Source: Sminthopsis crassicaudata (Eukaryota). Taken from it: a stretch of DNA of 64,000 nt. Below, piece after piece: positions 49,665 to 61,490 of this stretch (position 1 is the stretch's first letter; each line of letters begins with the position of its first letter). The position numbers and the translations under genes are program-made. Under the pieces are notes generated by a model that saw only the letters and a program-made list of their open reading frames with translations, was not told the DNA's origin and did no database searches. Where the stretch lies: assembly GCF_048593235.1 (NCBI RefSeq), contig NC_133617.1, positions 368,160,067 through 368,224,066 of the forward strand. Reading direction: 5' to 3'.

Positions 49665-52600
49665 AAAAACTACCTTTGTTTATATTTGGAAAAATAAAAT
49701 AGTTAAAAAATTTTTTAAAGATTTTTAGACATTTATAGAAGTCAATGTTTGATATCCTTGGAAGAACCATCAATCTTTTATGGTGTTTTTTAAAACAAGT
49801 GATTTAACTTTTGTGTTGAGTACTTGTAATGTTGAGTTGCCCTATGTTTCTACACCTAGTTGTACAAACTTCCTGCCTTGCCTGCATCTCTATACCCTTC
49901 ATTCTCTTGCCTGGAAAAGTATTCTTTCTGGAATCATTTAGCTTTTGGCACCATTTTCATAGAGAAGCTAGGCACAACAGTCAAATCTCATCAATTCCAT
50001 TGGCCAAAACTGAATCTTTGAGTTTGGACTGGTTTAAATCATTTTTATTTTCCTTTTCCTCTTAAAACATAAGAACCTCGTCATTTTAGCAAATTGTGCA
50101 AATAAGATTGATGCCTGAGTTGGACTAAATGCATTCAGTCAGTTAATACAAATTTATTAAGTGTTTATTACTGACAGGTCCTGAACACCCACAAAGGCAA
50201 AATGGTCTTAGTCCTCAAAGACCTCATATTCTAAGGGAGAAGGAGAGAAACTATAATCCTATAATTACATATACTTAATTAGATACAAGAACAATCCAAA
50301 AAAGATGGAAGTTTATCTGACAGACACTAGCATCTACTAGGGGGAATGGTAAAGGCCTCCTCCAAAGATGATGATTTGAGCAAGTCTGGGAAAAATCCAG
50401 GGAAGCTAATGGACCCAGGGGAAGTGAAAAGGGAGAAAATTACATATATGCAAGGAAGCAAAGGCAGTCAGAAGTAGCAAAACTTGAATGTATGAAGAAC
50501 AGAAACTAGGTTAATATAGCTGAATTAGATTGAATGGAGGCATGTGAAATTTAAGAAGGCTGAATCCTACTGCAATATAAGTCAAGTGAGTTTGGACAGG
50601 TGTTATCTTAGCAGTTCCACAATGAATAGCCAAAGCCCAGGTTTTCCAGATGCTTAATTCTATCAGGCTTTAGGCAGATAGATGCTTGATCAAGTAAGCT
50701 GGAAGTCATACTGGGAGAGAAGACATATTAAGAAGGTAAATTTTCATTCTTGGAACAGGTAGAACAGACAAATTCTTAGATAGGATTAGAAGGTAAATGA
50801 ATTAAGTATTAGAGAATTTTGTTGAGAAGCTGAGTGTGCAGGCAGATAGGACAAAGGAGGAGACTGAACTTAATAGCCTCTAAAGGCTTAGCCTTTCTAA
50901 GCAGCTTTATCTTTTTGATTTCCACTGCAAAATCCTGTCTCTCAAGGCCTATATTCCTTAGTATCTTTACTTAAAATTTAACAGCCCTTCTAAATCTGGA
51001 TTCCCTGGGCCTAATTCAATCAAATAAAAGAAGGCTGTGCTACAACCTCAGGACAAGATGGAAGATCTCTGATAGGATCTGTCCCTAGTTCTTGGAGCTT
51101 CACTGATTCATCTTAAGATTGAGGATGATCAAGAGTCACATAGGAGAAACTATCCGGCATCCTAGAAAAAACTGCTAAATGGGAAATCAGAAGATCTATG
51201 TTTGAGTCCTCAAACACTTGGTAACTGAGATTTCATTTATTTTGGTGACTCCACTGATTCAGATTACTTTTAGGACTTCTCTACAACTATTTGTGAACGG
51301 ATGAGGTAGAAAAGAAAATAACCTACAAGTCAACACTTTGGGTCACAGGGTTCCCAAAATCAGGCTGATCATCACAACATACTTAATCCTTACTCTGCTA
51401 GTTAGTGTTCTAGAAGCCAGCTTCAAGATTCAAATAGACATTTGAGGAAAACAAAATTTCAAACTCCGCGCTTGCTAACAACAATTGGACAACAATCACT
51501 TATTTACTCTAAGTGTTCTCTTAATCATAAAGTGTTCCAAATATAAGGTGCATGTAATTTCCCAGCTTTTAAACTGATATTTGGAACAACCCAATTTTTT
51601 TGAAGTTCAGACAGCACTTTTTAAAAAAAGCTACAGGCCTCCATGTCAGGATAGAGGAGTGGGTGTCACAGCAAATAGCTTGTGCTTTTATACTAAAATG
51701 AGCATTAAGTGTTATAAAGGGCTTCTCTTCTAGCAGCTCTATGGAGTAGATAGTTTATCTTTTCTTTCTTACAGAGCAGGAATCTGAGCTCAGATTTTTT
51801 GATTTGAAGGTTTTTGCTTTCTCTTATGCTACACTGCTTCTATAGTCTTAAGTTTTGGATTATGTATTTTCAAGCTCAATACTATGTGAAGTGCAATAGG
51901 TGCACAGGAGAAAATGAGCACTCTGTTCTCTGATTTGGCAATCTTCTCTATAAGAGTGGCTGCTGGTTATTGAAAAGTTCCTAAATTACTGTAAGGGCTA
52001 GCAAACTGTCTCCAAAAAGCAGCATAGAAATGTACACCTAAGTGTTGCAGAAAAAGATGGAATAATGTCATGAAATGTTGAGAATCAGAAGATTTGGGTT
52101 TGTCTTTATTCTCCAACCTTCCAGAAGCAGTCTGCTTACTTTTCTGTGCATCAGTTTCCCTTTTTGTAAAACAAGGTGATGAAGCTGGATTTCTTAAGTA
52201 CCTTCCAACTCCCAAAATCAAGCACCTGAGGTTAAGGTAATGCATTTACACAGGTGAGAAGTATCTTAGAAGCTGCTGATACCAAATATGGTTCATGTGG
52301 TTTAGTAGTTCCCAACTCTTCTTGATCCCATTTGGATTTTCTTGGCAGGGATACTGTTGTGCCTTGCCATTTCCTTCTCTAGCTCATTTTACAGATGAGT
52401 AAAATACGGTTAAGTGACCTGTCATACAGCTAGTAAGGGTTTGAGGCCACATTTGAACTTTGGAATGACTCCAGCCTGCTGGTCTGTCATCTTCGCAACC
52501 TGGTTGCCCTAAAATATTCTTCCTGTAGGATATAGTACAACACCTGGCACAGAGTGAGTGCTTAATACTAATGTTTTCATTTAAATAATTGTAGGTAGAG

Positions 52601-55600
52601 GCCACTTCATTTGGCTGAGATTAAAAAAAAAAAAAAAAAACTGCCCCCCCCCCCAAAAAAAATTCTGGACCTTATCAAGGTTGTGGCTTGGGGCTAGGCA
52701 AGGAATCGTTTGAGACCTCCAATATTTCCATTCAAAATTTTCTGATCAGAGTTTTTCCTTGAAAATCAGAACTTTTCCTTGGGATATAGTATAGACAAAA
52801 GGAGTCACTCCCAAGTGCAGCTAAACCATTTTAAAAATGTAAATTGGAAATATTTTACAAAATATACAATATCGATATCATTATATTTTAAAAATAACGA
52901 GGGCCATAAGTATCTAGGTAAAGATTAGTGGTTCTACTTGAGTTTGATACCACTTGTGTAGACCACAGCTCTTTAATCAGCATACCATATAAGAGAATCA
53001 AGACATACCTGCAGAAGGGACTCTATTTTAAAACATAAGCAACCTGATAAATGGTAAATATTAATAACCCTGCCTTTATATGAATATACGTCAACACCTT
53101 TATAGATTTAAAAGTTGACTAGAACAGGGAGAGCAACATGACCAAGATTGCACACATAACCCATATCATAGAACTTGAAACCAGTTCTTCCTGATTCTAA
53201 GGCTAGTTCTCTATTATGTAATCTGCTGCTTCCCTATACATTCGTTTATTGAAATATTGTCCATTTCATTTGCAAACACATAAGTAAATCAATACCAAGT
53301 GATGCAAATAAATTGTTTTTACAACTGCTACCTACCAAAAACTAAAAAATAAAAAAAGGCACAAACCTCTTTTCATTTGTCCATGATATTTTTTCTTTGA
53401 TTCTTCTCAACTAAAGCATCAAACAGAGAACCAAGTCTCCTAGTGGTTAAACATTATATTCACACAAGTTTTTCACTATTAAATAGTGTCACCATTTATG
53501 TGCAAGTGGTTTACATCTGACTTGGTTCTTAGAGGTCAGGTTCTTTTCTGGATTTCCTGGAAGCACTCCTTTGTGGAAGGACTTGAAACAATCTTTCTTT
53601 AAAAACCAAAAACAAGTCTCCTTTAATCTCCTCCTAAATGAAGCTTCTTTTCCCCAGTAGAAATGTACAATAGTGTCATTCTGCCTCATATTTTCCAAAA
53701 ATCTCAGGGTGGAGGTGTGGTTTTCTCTCCACTCTTATTCCACAACTAATACAGGTTATATAGAAGGCAAGACTGGAGAGCAGAAGGAAAAATTTTCACC
53801 AATGGCTTAAGAAAATGAGTTACTTTTATATTCACACATTTCTTCATCACTTTTATGTTGACTCCATCCTAGTTGCCTATCTTCAACTACAAATTAGTTA
53901 TTTCCACTATCTCATCACTCTTTTTATAAACTGCTCCAGGAGTCATCACCTGGTGGACAGGTCTGTCTTCATTCAAAAGTCACCATAAACTGAGTTTATC
54001 ATCTTCCCCTAAAAACTGGCCTCATTCTTAAGTCATCCATTAAGTCATAAAATTTGCTTTGTATCTTTCCTCCATTTCACTTAGGTTTCCAATTATCATT
54101 CTTCTTTTAAAGAATCTCAAAAATTCTTCCTTTCCCTACTCTCAGGTAAAATTCAAGTTCAGTTTGTATCCCTCTTTCATAAGCACCATAGAATATCTTC
54201 CCCATGTCCCAAGTTATGTTCTGGAACAGCATTACCAGAGTCTGTCAAGGAATGACTAACTTTAAATGACTCTTTTTATTCCATAATGTATGAAAAGTAA
54301 ACTCCCCTATTAGGCTGCCAGCCAGGGTCTTCAATCTCTTTTTAACTGTCTGTGCTACTATACTCAACTTATGTACTTCTCTTCCCAGTCTAATGAGCTG
54401 ATTTCTAATCATGACTGTTAGTGAAACACCTATTTGTAAATTTCCTGTTTTGGGCTTTCATAAAGGTTTTTGAAACAAGTGTGTTCCTCTCTTCTATATC
54501 TAACTTAAAAGCAGTCTGAAAATTTCACCACTTAAAATTTCCTCCATCCAGATTTTGAGTTCACTCTTTTCTCTAAAGTCCTAAATCAATTTCTCAATTA
54601 TTTGTTGTCCTATTGATTTTCCTTTTTCCAGGAGTTATTCATTAATCTTTCCAACTAAAATACCAGCTTCTTGAAGGGTAATATCCATGCTTTTTTTCCT
54701 GACAAGTAACAAAGAACATGCAGAAGAGATCTAGGTATTTTTCAAATGAAGTTTGAATTAGATGGCCTCTGAATAATCCTTCATTAAAAAAAATGAAAAA
54801 TCATATCCAGAAGGTGAAGCACCCAAAGAGAATAACATAGAATAGCAAAAAGGAAAAACACTAATGAAAAATTTTTAAATTGAGGATTGAATAACTGTAG
54901 AGGAAACATCCAAATATGAATTTCCAGAAGTCATTTCTTTTAACCTATTGTAAATAAACCTGTTGGTTAAATGAAAAGATAATTATGTCAACATCTAAAA
55001 GGTAACAATGAAAACAATATACATTATGCTTTATTAAACAAATTATGTCAGACAAACTGGAATACTATTACTATCTGATTACAAAGTTAGCAGACAAGAC
55101 AATGCAGCTGTAAATAACTGAAGCATCTGGCACAATGCCACAAAAAAGGCTTCTTGGAAAAGCATTATTAGTTTCTGTTTTTAAACAGGACTGCCACATA
55201 GATGGGAACTTGTTAAAAGAGCATAAGAGTTGTGAATAACAATGGGTGTTAGCTTCATTTTATTTCACGTCTTCAGAATGGTATTTCTACCTAGCTGAAG
55301 GCCTGAAAAATAATCCAATAGACAATCTGAAATTAAGTCTGTACAAACTCAATATAGTCCACAAGAGAAACCACAAAGCAAAGCCCACAAGCAGAGGATA
55401 CTTGGTGAGGTGCAAAGACCAACAAGAGGCAGATGTGAGTTACTGAAGCTACGTGAAAAAAAACTGGGGGCAAACCACTTACTCTCCCTGGAACTCAGTT
55501 TCCACATCTGTAAAATAAGGAGGAAGTTGAATTGGATGGCCCATTAGCTCTATGAAATCAGTCACTCATCTACGCTTAGCTATTTTACATTCTAAAAAGT

Positions 55601-56677
55601 AGCTATCCCTTCTCCCTCTGACACTAGTTAAAGCATGCCAAGAGTCCACAAGTACTCATTAAGGCACCTTAGTTTTAGAAAAAGATTAGTCAATTGCATG
55701 GCAGTCAAAGAAGAGATTCAGATTCAAAGGTATGCAAAATGACTGCTTCTTGGAAAAGGATACACAAACTAAAGAATATCATTTGAAGTAATTTAGATCC
55801 TTGAGAACCAACAAATTGTTCAAGTTAATAAAATTAAGCCAAAAACATGATGTTGTCTCCAAAGCAAGCGAATTAATTCCAAAGAAAAGTCAAAGATACC
55901 AAATTTAGCAAGTGGGAAAACCAAGTTCTTTGAATTATTTTGAACCAAACAAAAGAAACAAATATTCTATAGGAAACTGACTTTATTGGCCCAGGGGGGG
56001 AAAAAAAAAAAGATTGAAGGCTATCAAAGTTTCAGAGCTAGTTTGGCCTTCCTGAGCACCTCAAGTATGATAATGGGTACTTGTATCCTATACCATAAAA
56101 TGAAAGAGAAAATAAAGCTATTTCAAACAAAGATTTCTTATTTCCAACTCCTTCCCAATAACCAAGCCATTCTTCAAACTTTTAGAGAAAACATCTTGGC
56201 TTAACATTTAATTAGTATTACCCAGCTCCACCCTATCCCACAAAAGTCATGGCTGACCTATTTTCGGTCAATAGCTATAATTTTTTTTTTTCCTCCTTTT
56301 TGAGAAAACAAATAAAACTCCCAATATGTTGCATGAGGTACCAGAAACGTACATCCGCCAACAGTAAAACATTGTTTATGGAAGAATTTGCATAGTGATC
56401 TTTCTATATAATAAAAAGAAACCAAGTAGCAGAATTTCATTTTTGCATTCATCAGCAATATTACAGTGTCAATGACAATCTGAGGGAAAATAAGTTGTTT
56501 TCCTTTGATGAGTGATAGTGAAGAGTCATAACAGCTTAAATATAAAGTAAGCCAGGATCACTTCAAAAGGATTCCTCATGTCAAAGTTGAATAGGTCTGT
56601 GAAAAGTACTCATTCAGCAAAGCAGACTCTCACACAGACTGTGTGGGCATACTTTTTTCTAGAATAGTTAATTGCCT

Positions 56678-56726
56678 TTTATTAGAAAAAAAAAAAAAAG
56701 TTTTTGACTATTTACATAATTTTATT
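56678..56726 (-). terminator. PIAS2: Candidate proximal PIAS2 polyadenylation signals
   Basis: AATAAA on the minus strand at 56726-56721 and 56683-56678, with a U-tract between them, ~330 nt after the stop codon. Confidence 0.55.
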
Positions 56727-57051
56727 GCTGTGTATTACAACCAAAAACTTGTTTTAATCAGTTTGTAGAATCCATCCAGCAACACAAGAAACTGAAATTT
56801 TTAAAAGATGGTGATGTAGCTGAATATATTTGATACTCAGAATATTTAATGAATAAGAAAAAAAATCCTTGAAAGCTAAATTTACTTCTTGCTGCACATA
56901 ATTTTTTTCTCTTCCATTTTCAGAAGGTAACAGAATCCATTTGTCTTTTCAATAAATATCAAACTAACTGGCAATAAAATAGATTCCATGGACCAGAGAT
57001 GCAAGAAAGAGCAGCACTGGCTAATTATTCCTGTAGTCCAATGAGTCCTTT

Positions 57052-57237
57052 TTAGTCCAAGGAGATTATGTCTGGAATGTTGTTCCCACTGCTGGTTATA
57101 ACCCCAGTCTCACTCCTACTTGATGAAGTAACATGAGTGTTGCTTTCCTGGGGGCTTGTGGATGTGATGATGTTTCCAGCTGTGCTGCTTGTTGACAAGG
57201 TTGAGGAGAGACTATCCAAAAACATAGGAGGACAGTA
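57052..57237 (-). CDS. PIAS2: E3 SUMO-protein ligase PIAS2, terminal coding exon (beta-type S/T-rich tail)
   Basis: Acceptor caaacag|TAC. Translates YCPPMFLDSLSSTLSTSSTAGNIITSTSPQESNTHVTSSSRSETGVITSSGNNIPDIISLD*, matching the PIASx-beta C-terminus ending IPDIISLD. Confidence 0.96.
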   Translation of the reverse strand, partial: YCPPMFLDSLSSTLSTSSTAGNIITSTSPQESNTHVTSSSRSETGVITSSGNNIPDIISLD

Positions 57238-57385
57238 CTGTTTGAAACAAACAATGATGATGATGATGAGGAAAAGGTTACATTGGTTTTAAACTCTACA
57301 TATATACATGCAGAGGTGAAAATTTTCCCAATGCTTCATAAGGTCATAAGGCACTAATTTATATAATATTTTGGGTATTGTCTAC

Positions 57386-57388
<3 letters not shown>

Positions 57389-57440
<52 letters not shown>
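57389..57440. repeat. Perfect (TA)26 microsatellite
   Basis: Directly visible. Confidence 0.97.
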
Positions 57441-57444
<4 letters not shown>

Positions 57445-58172
57445 CATAATATCCATATCCACGCACATATATATCCATATATATAAAATATAAAAATAAT
57501 ATTTTAAGAACTGTTTGCAAATAAATTACAAAGTCCTACTAATATCATCAATGACTAATTTATCTTAAAGCATAAAATACAGTGAATAAATATTTGTTAA
57601 TAGAGCACCAGCCAGACAATTCTGGATGATGTTAAACCCTAAGAACATAGAACAGTTGCTAAACAACATGGCTTAAAAGAATATCTCACATATTCTGAAA
57701 GAGTTAATACATATTTACCTTCAATGATTCTAATTAAAGTGGCCTTAAAAATTAATCTATTTTTTCAGGATTGGATGATAATCTGGAGTACCATTCCTCC
57801 TTTCCCCAACTATTGAATAGCTAAGAATTCTCTAAAGCCTACCTCAAATGCAACTTTCCCTATGTTTCCTCAATTCTCACTTTTAGTAATGACCTTCCCT
57901 CTTGGACTTCAAATGGCACTGGTTTCTATGTATGCTATTATAATAAAACTGTGCTCCCTGAAGGCAGGAATCATATCTTACCTAAACTTGTGTTTTCTAC
58001 TGAGTGCACAGAACATTGCTCTATATAGATTAGGCGCTTAACAAATGTAACTAAATTTAACTGAATATTGTAACCATAGCTAAATCATACACAACATGAC
58101 CCCAGGTTGCTGTTCAGCAACCCCTCTCTACTCTCACTACTTCTCTTATATTTGATCTCTCTACAAACCCCT

Positions 58173-58202
58173 GGGGGGGGGGGGGGGGGCGGGGGGGGGG
58201 GG
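58173..58202 (+). repeat. G17-C-G12 homopolymer
   Basis: Directly visible. Confidence 0.9.
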
Positions 58203-58774
58203 AGGAGAGGAAGCATCTCTCACACCTAGTACATATTAACAACTTCTGTACTTCATTTTAACAGATACTATCTGAATAGACAGTAACATTTCCCATTACT
58301 TAAAACATCCCCAAGACTATTCTTCATGGTTTTTTCCCCTCTTATCTGAAAGAAAAAGGCATCCACCCCTTCCTATACCTTGGGGATGATCCCTTCACCT
58401 GAGCCTTTAATTTAATTTCTCTTAATTTTAGATGAAATGGGAGCATTGTAGTTAAAAACTTTGTACTTCTTCCAATGACTATCACTGAGTAGAGAGCATT
58501 TTATAAATGTGTCCTGTAGTGAAGACTGGCCAGCTATTTCAGTTGTGACATATCATATTTATGGACTAAACCACTTCTAAAATAAAATGTCCACTAAGAC
58601 ACTACATAGTAAGAGCAAGAAATGTTTAAAGCCTAGTTAGATATTATATGATCTGTATCTTTTACATATAAAGAATAGTTTTTAATCAAATAAAAATCTA
58701 GAATACACTACATAAGAAGATACCCTAGGTTTTATTTTAAGTATTGAAGATGTTCTGCAAGAAAATGTGATGGC

Positions 58775-58897
58775 AGGGGCATCTAGGTGGCACAGTGGAT
58801 AGACTACCAGTCATGAAGTCAGGAGGACCCGAGTTCAAATCTAGTTTCAGACACTTAACACTTCCTAGTTGTGTGACCCTGGGCAAGTCAAGGGAAA
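58775..58897 (+). mobile_element. 3'-shortened WSINE1-type SINE in the last PIAS2 intron
   Basis: Perfect 13-bp TSD AAAATGTGATGGC (58762-58774 / 58898-58910). Confidence 0.88.
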
Positions 58898-60392
58898 AAA
58901 ATGTGATGGCTACCTTACAAGTGTTATATCTGCTTTAGACAGTACCTTATTTTAAGAAAATGAAATATTTTCACTTTTTAGAAACATTGGAGCTCACCTA
59001 AAATGATTATCTATGAAGTCAATTTTGTAAGGTTTTTAGGTAGCTTAATTACAATTATGTAGTAACCATCAAATGTTTAAAAGGATAGAAGAACATGAGG
59101 AAAAAATTAAATCCCAATTTCTCAAATCATTGAGTCAAATTCCTCAAGTCCTAACTTTATATCAAAGTTTACTTCTTGGTTTTTCTTAATTTGCTTTAGT
59201 AAAAGTATGTCATCCTTCATTTGCAAAACAGTTGCTATGGATGTTATTAGCAAGTAACATTTAATTTTCTCAATTACTGCTAATCGGTTTGTGGTGATCT
59301 AGGCAATTTCATGTTAATCGATTTGGTCCTCTTGCTTACAATTCCATTGGAATGTTTTACTTTTAAAATAGTTATGGATTAAGTGTACAGTAAGAATGGT
59401 GAAACAATACTGATTGGTTTATATGAAAATATATTATGACCATCTTTTAACCAAATGACCATCAGCCACAAAGTTTATTCAATAGAACTCTGGAATTTGA
59501 TTTTCATTCCAAAGACATGTTCACAGTTTGATGTATATTCTTTTCAAGTCTGAAGGATAACCTAGAAATGTACATAGATGATTTTTGCCTCAGAACTTGC
59601 TGGTAAGCAAAAAATTCTTCCTACAGTGAGTGACTTATTTTTCTTTTTCTTTTTTCATTTGAAATGATTCTAAGAATAGGTCCATGTTCCCATTGTTCAA
59701 ACTTAACATGGCCAAATACACAATATTAAAGTGTCTTTGTGTAACTAACAGCAATAGTTCTCTTTTCTACTAATTCTTACTAACTTGAAACAATTTTTTC
59801 TCTTTCCTCTTCCCCTTTCTATCTTTTTCCCCTTTTCTTCCTTCCATTCTTTTCTGCCAAAACCCTTAAAGTGATTTTGGCATACATGGCTATTACTAGA
59901 ACTGGATCCTGACAATCTAGTAGAAAGATTACTTACTATCTTAAATAGAACAATGATATGCATGTATGTATATATGTGTAAATAAAATGTTTGCCTATTA
60001 TAATCACAGAGACATTAATTTATATGTCAGCTTTATAAACATGACTGAACAAAACTGATTATTCAAGTCTTTCAATTCTCTGTGTACTACAAGGTATTTT
60101 TCTAATCCTGGGTCAGCTTTGCTTGGCCATATAACATACTCCCAGACTATTCCCTCCCATTCCTGACTCCTTCATTTTCAGGAAACATACACACACTTTT
60201 CAGCTAAGGATATAATGTTAAAAAATTATACAACAAACTCTGCTGGTTAAATTACCTCAATTAGTGTGAATAAGTGAGCTATCAGTTCTAATATTATACT
60301 ACTTGTCAAAATAACAAATTTGGTCTCTTAATTTAAAGCATCATAACCAAATGAAATGCAAATTAATTAATTGCTAAATGGAGATAACATAC

Positions 60393-60430
60393 CTGTGGAT
60401 CAACTGGAATTAAGGAAAGAAAATCCAAAC
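60393..60430 (-). CDS. PIAS2: PIAS2 38-nt penultimate micro-exon
   Basis: ttttcattttag|GT TTG GAT TTT CTT TCC TTA ATT CCA GTT GAT CCA CAG|gtatgt gives (G)LDFLSLIPVDPQ. The phases fit both neighbouring exons. Confidence 0.95.
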
Positions 60431-60539
60431 CTAAAATGAAAATAAAATGTTAGCAGTTATCTTTTCTATTTAGGAAGACAAGAATTAATTCCAAAAACAA
60501 TCTTGTTTTTATTAGCTATTTAATATTAAGTAAAACTAG

Positions 60540-60772
60540 AAGGCTGCTAGATGGTTCAATGAAAAGAACACTGGCCCCGGAATGAGGAAGATCTGATTTT
60601 CAATCTGGCCTCAGGCACTTACTAGCTGTATGACTTTAACCAAGTCACTTAACTCTGTCTTACTCCACTGGAGAAAGAAATGGCAAATCATTCCAAGATC
60701 TCTGCCAAGAAAACTTCATGGACAGCATGATGCACAAAACTGAGAAGAGTTGGACATGACTGAACAACAACT
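60540..60772 (+). mobile_element. MAR1-type CORE-SINE
   Basis: Head, CORE and tail (ctggagaaagaaatggcaaatc...gagttggacatgactgaacaacaac). TAAGTAAAA is repeated at both flanks. Confidence 0.8.
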
Positions 60773-61340
60773 AAGTAAAATGGATTAATACTTAACCTAC
60801 TAGATTTAGCATGTTATTCTATGTACTACTTTACAAATAGACATGGACACGTACAAGTTTCCCACCTAAATGGGACATCACTGCCTAACCCAAATGTTTC
60901 AAAGAAAACTTAAAAAAAATTCTTACTTTTTAATCACATTTTGTGCAGAGCATTAGATAAATGGATCAGTTATTTACACAATGCGAGAAAAATTAAGCAA
61001 TGAATGAAAGACACATGATCACACTAAAAAATTAAAACAAGAATTGAAAATAGAGCCTATCAGACCTGTTCATTCATTTATTTCCATCTTATAAACATTT
61101 ATTAAACAATTATTATGTACAAAGCTATGTGCTAGATAGAGATATAGGTTATTAATGGTAAAGGCAATCTGAAACAGCCTTCTACTGCCCCTGAGCTGAA
61201 AATGGCTATTAATTTTTGAAATAGCACTATTTGGGCAGCTTAACTGGGTTATATAAGGATTTGATTTTTACTGTTACTTAGGACCTAAAAATATGAAGGG
61301 CTGACAAGGGGGCATAAAGAAAAAGCACTTCACTTTTACA

Positions 61341-61490
61341 ATTTTTTTTTTTAATTAAAGTTTTTTTATTTTCAAAACATATGCATGGATAATTTTTCAA
61401 CACTGATCCTTGCAAAAACTTTAGTTCCAAATTTCCCCCTCCTTTCCCCTCATGGCCTCCTCCCCTGGATGGCAAGTAATCTGATATATG
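61341..61490 (-). mobile_element. Short L1 3' end in a PIAS2 intron (sense to the gene)
   Basis: Perfect 11-bp TSD TCACTTTTACA (61330-61340 / 61491-61501), and a T-tract. Confidence 0.85.

Noticed and set aside
58980-59000. Cryptic cattttag|GTGAG site that could give an alternative PIAS2 tail GELQCF*
   Set aside because: The pyrimidine tract is weak, the site is equally readable as a chance donor, and there is no transcript or homology support.
59231-59244. RFX-like half site GTTGCTATGG
   Set aside because: The second half-site (GYAAC) is missing.
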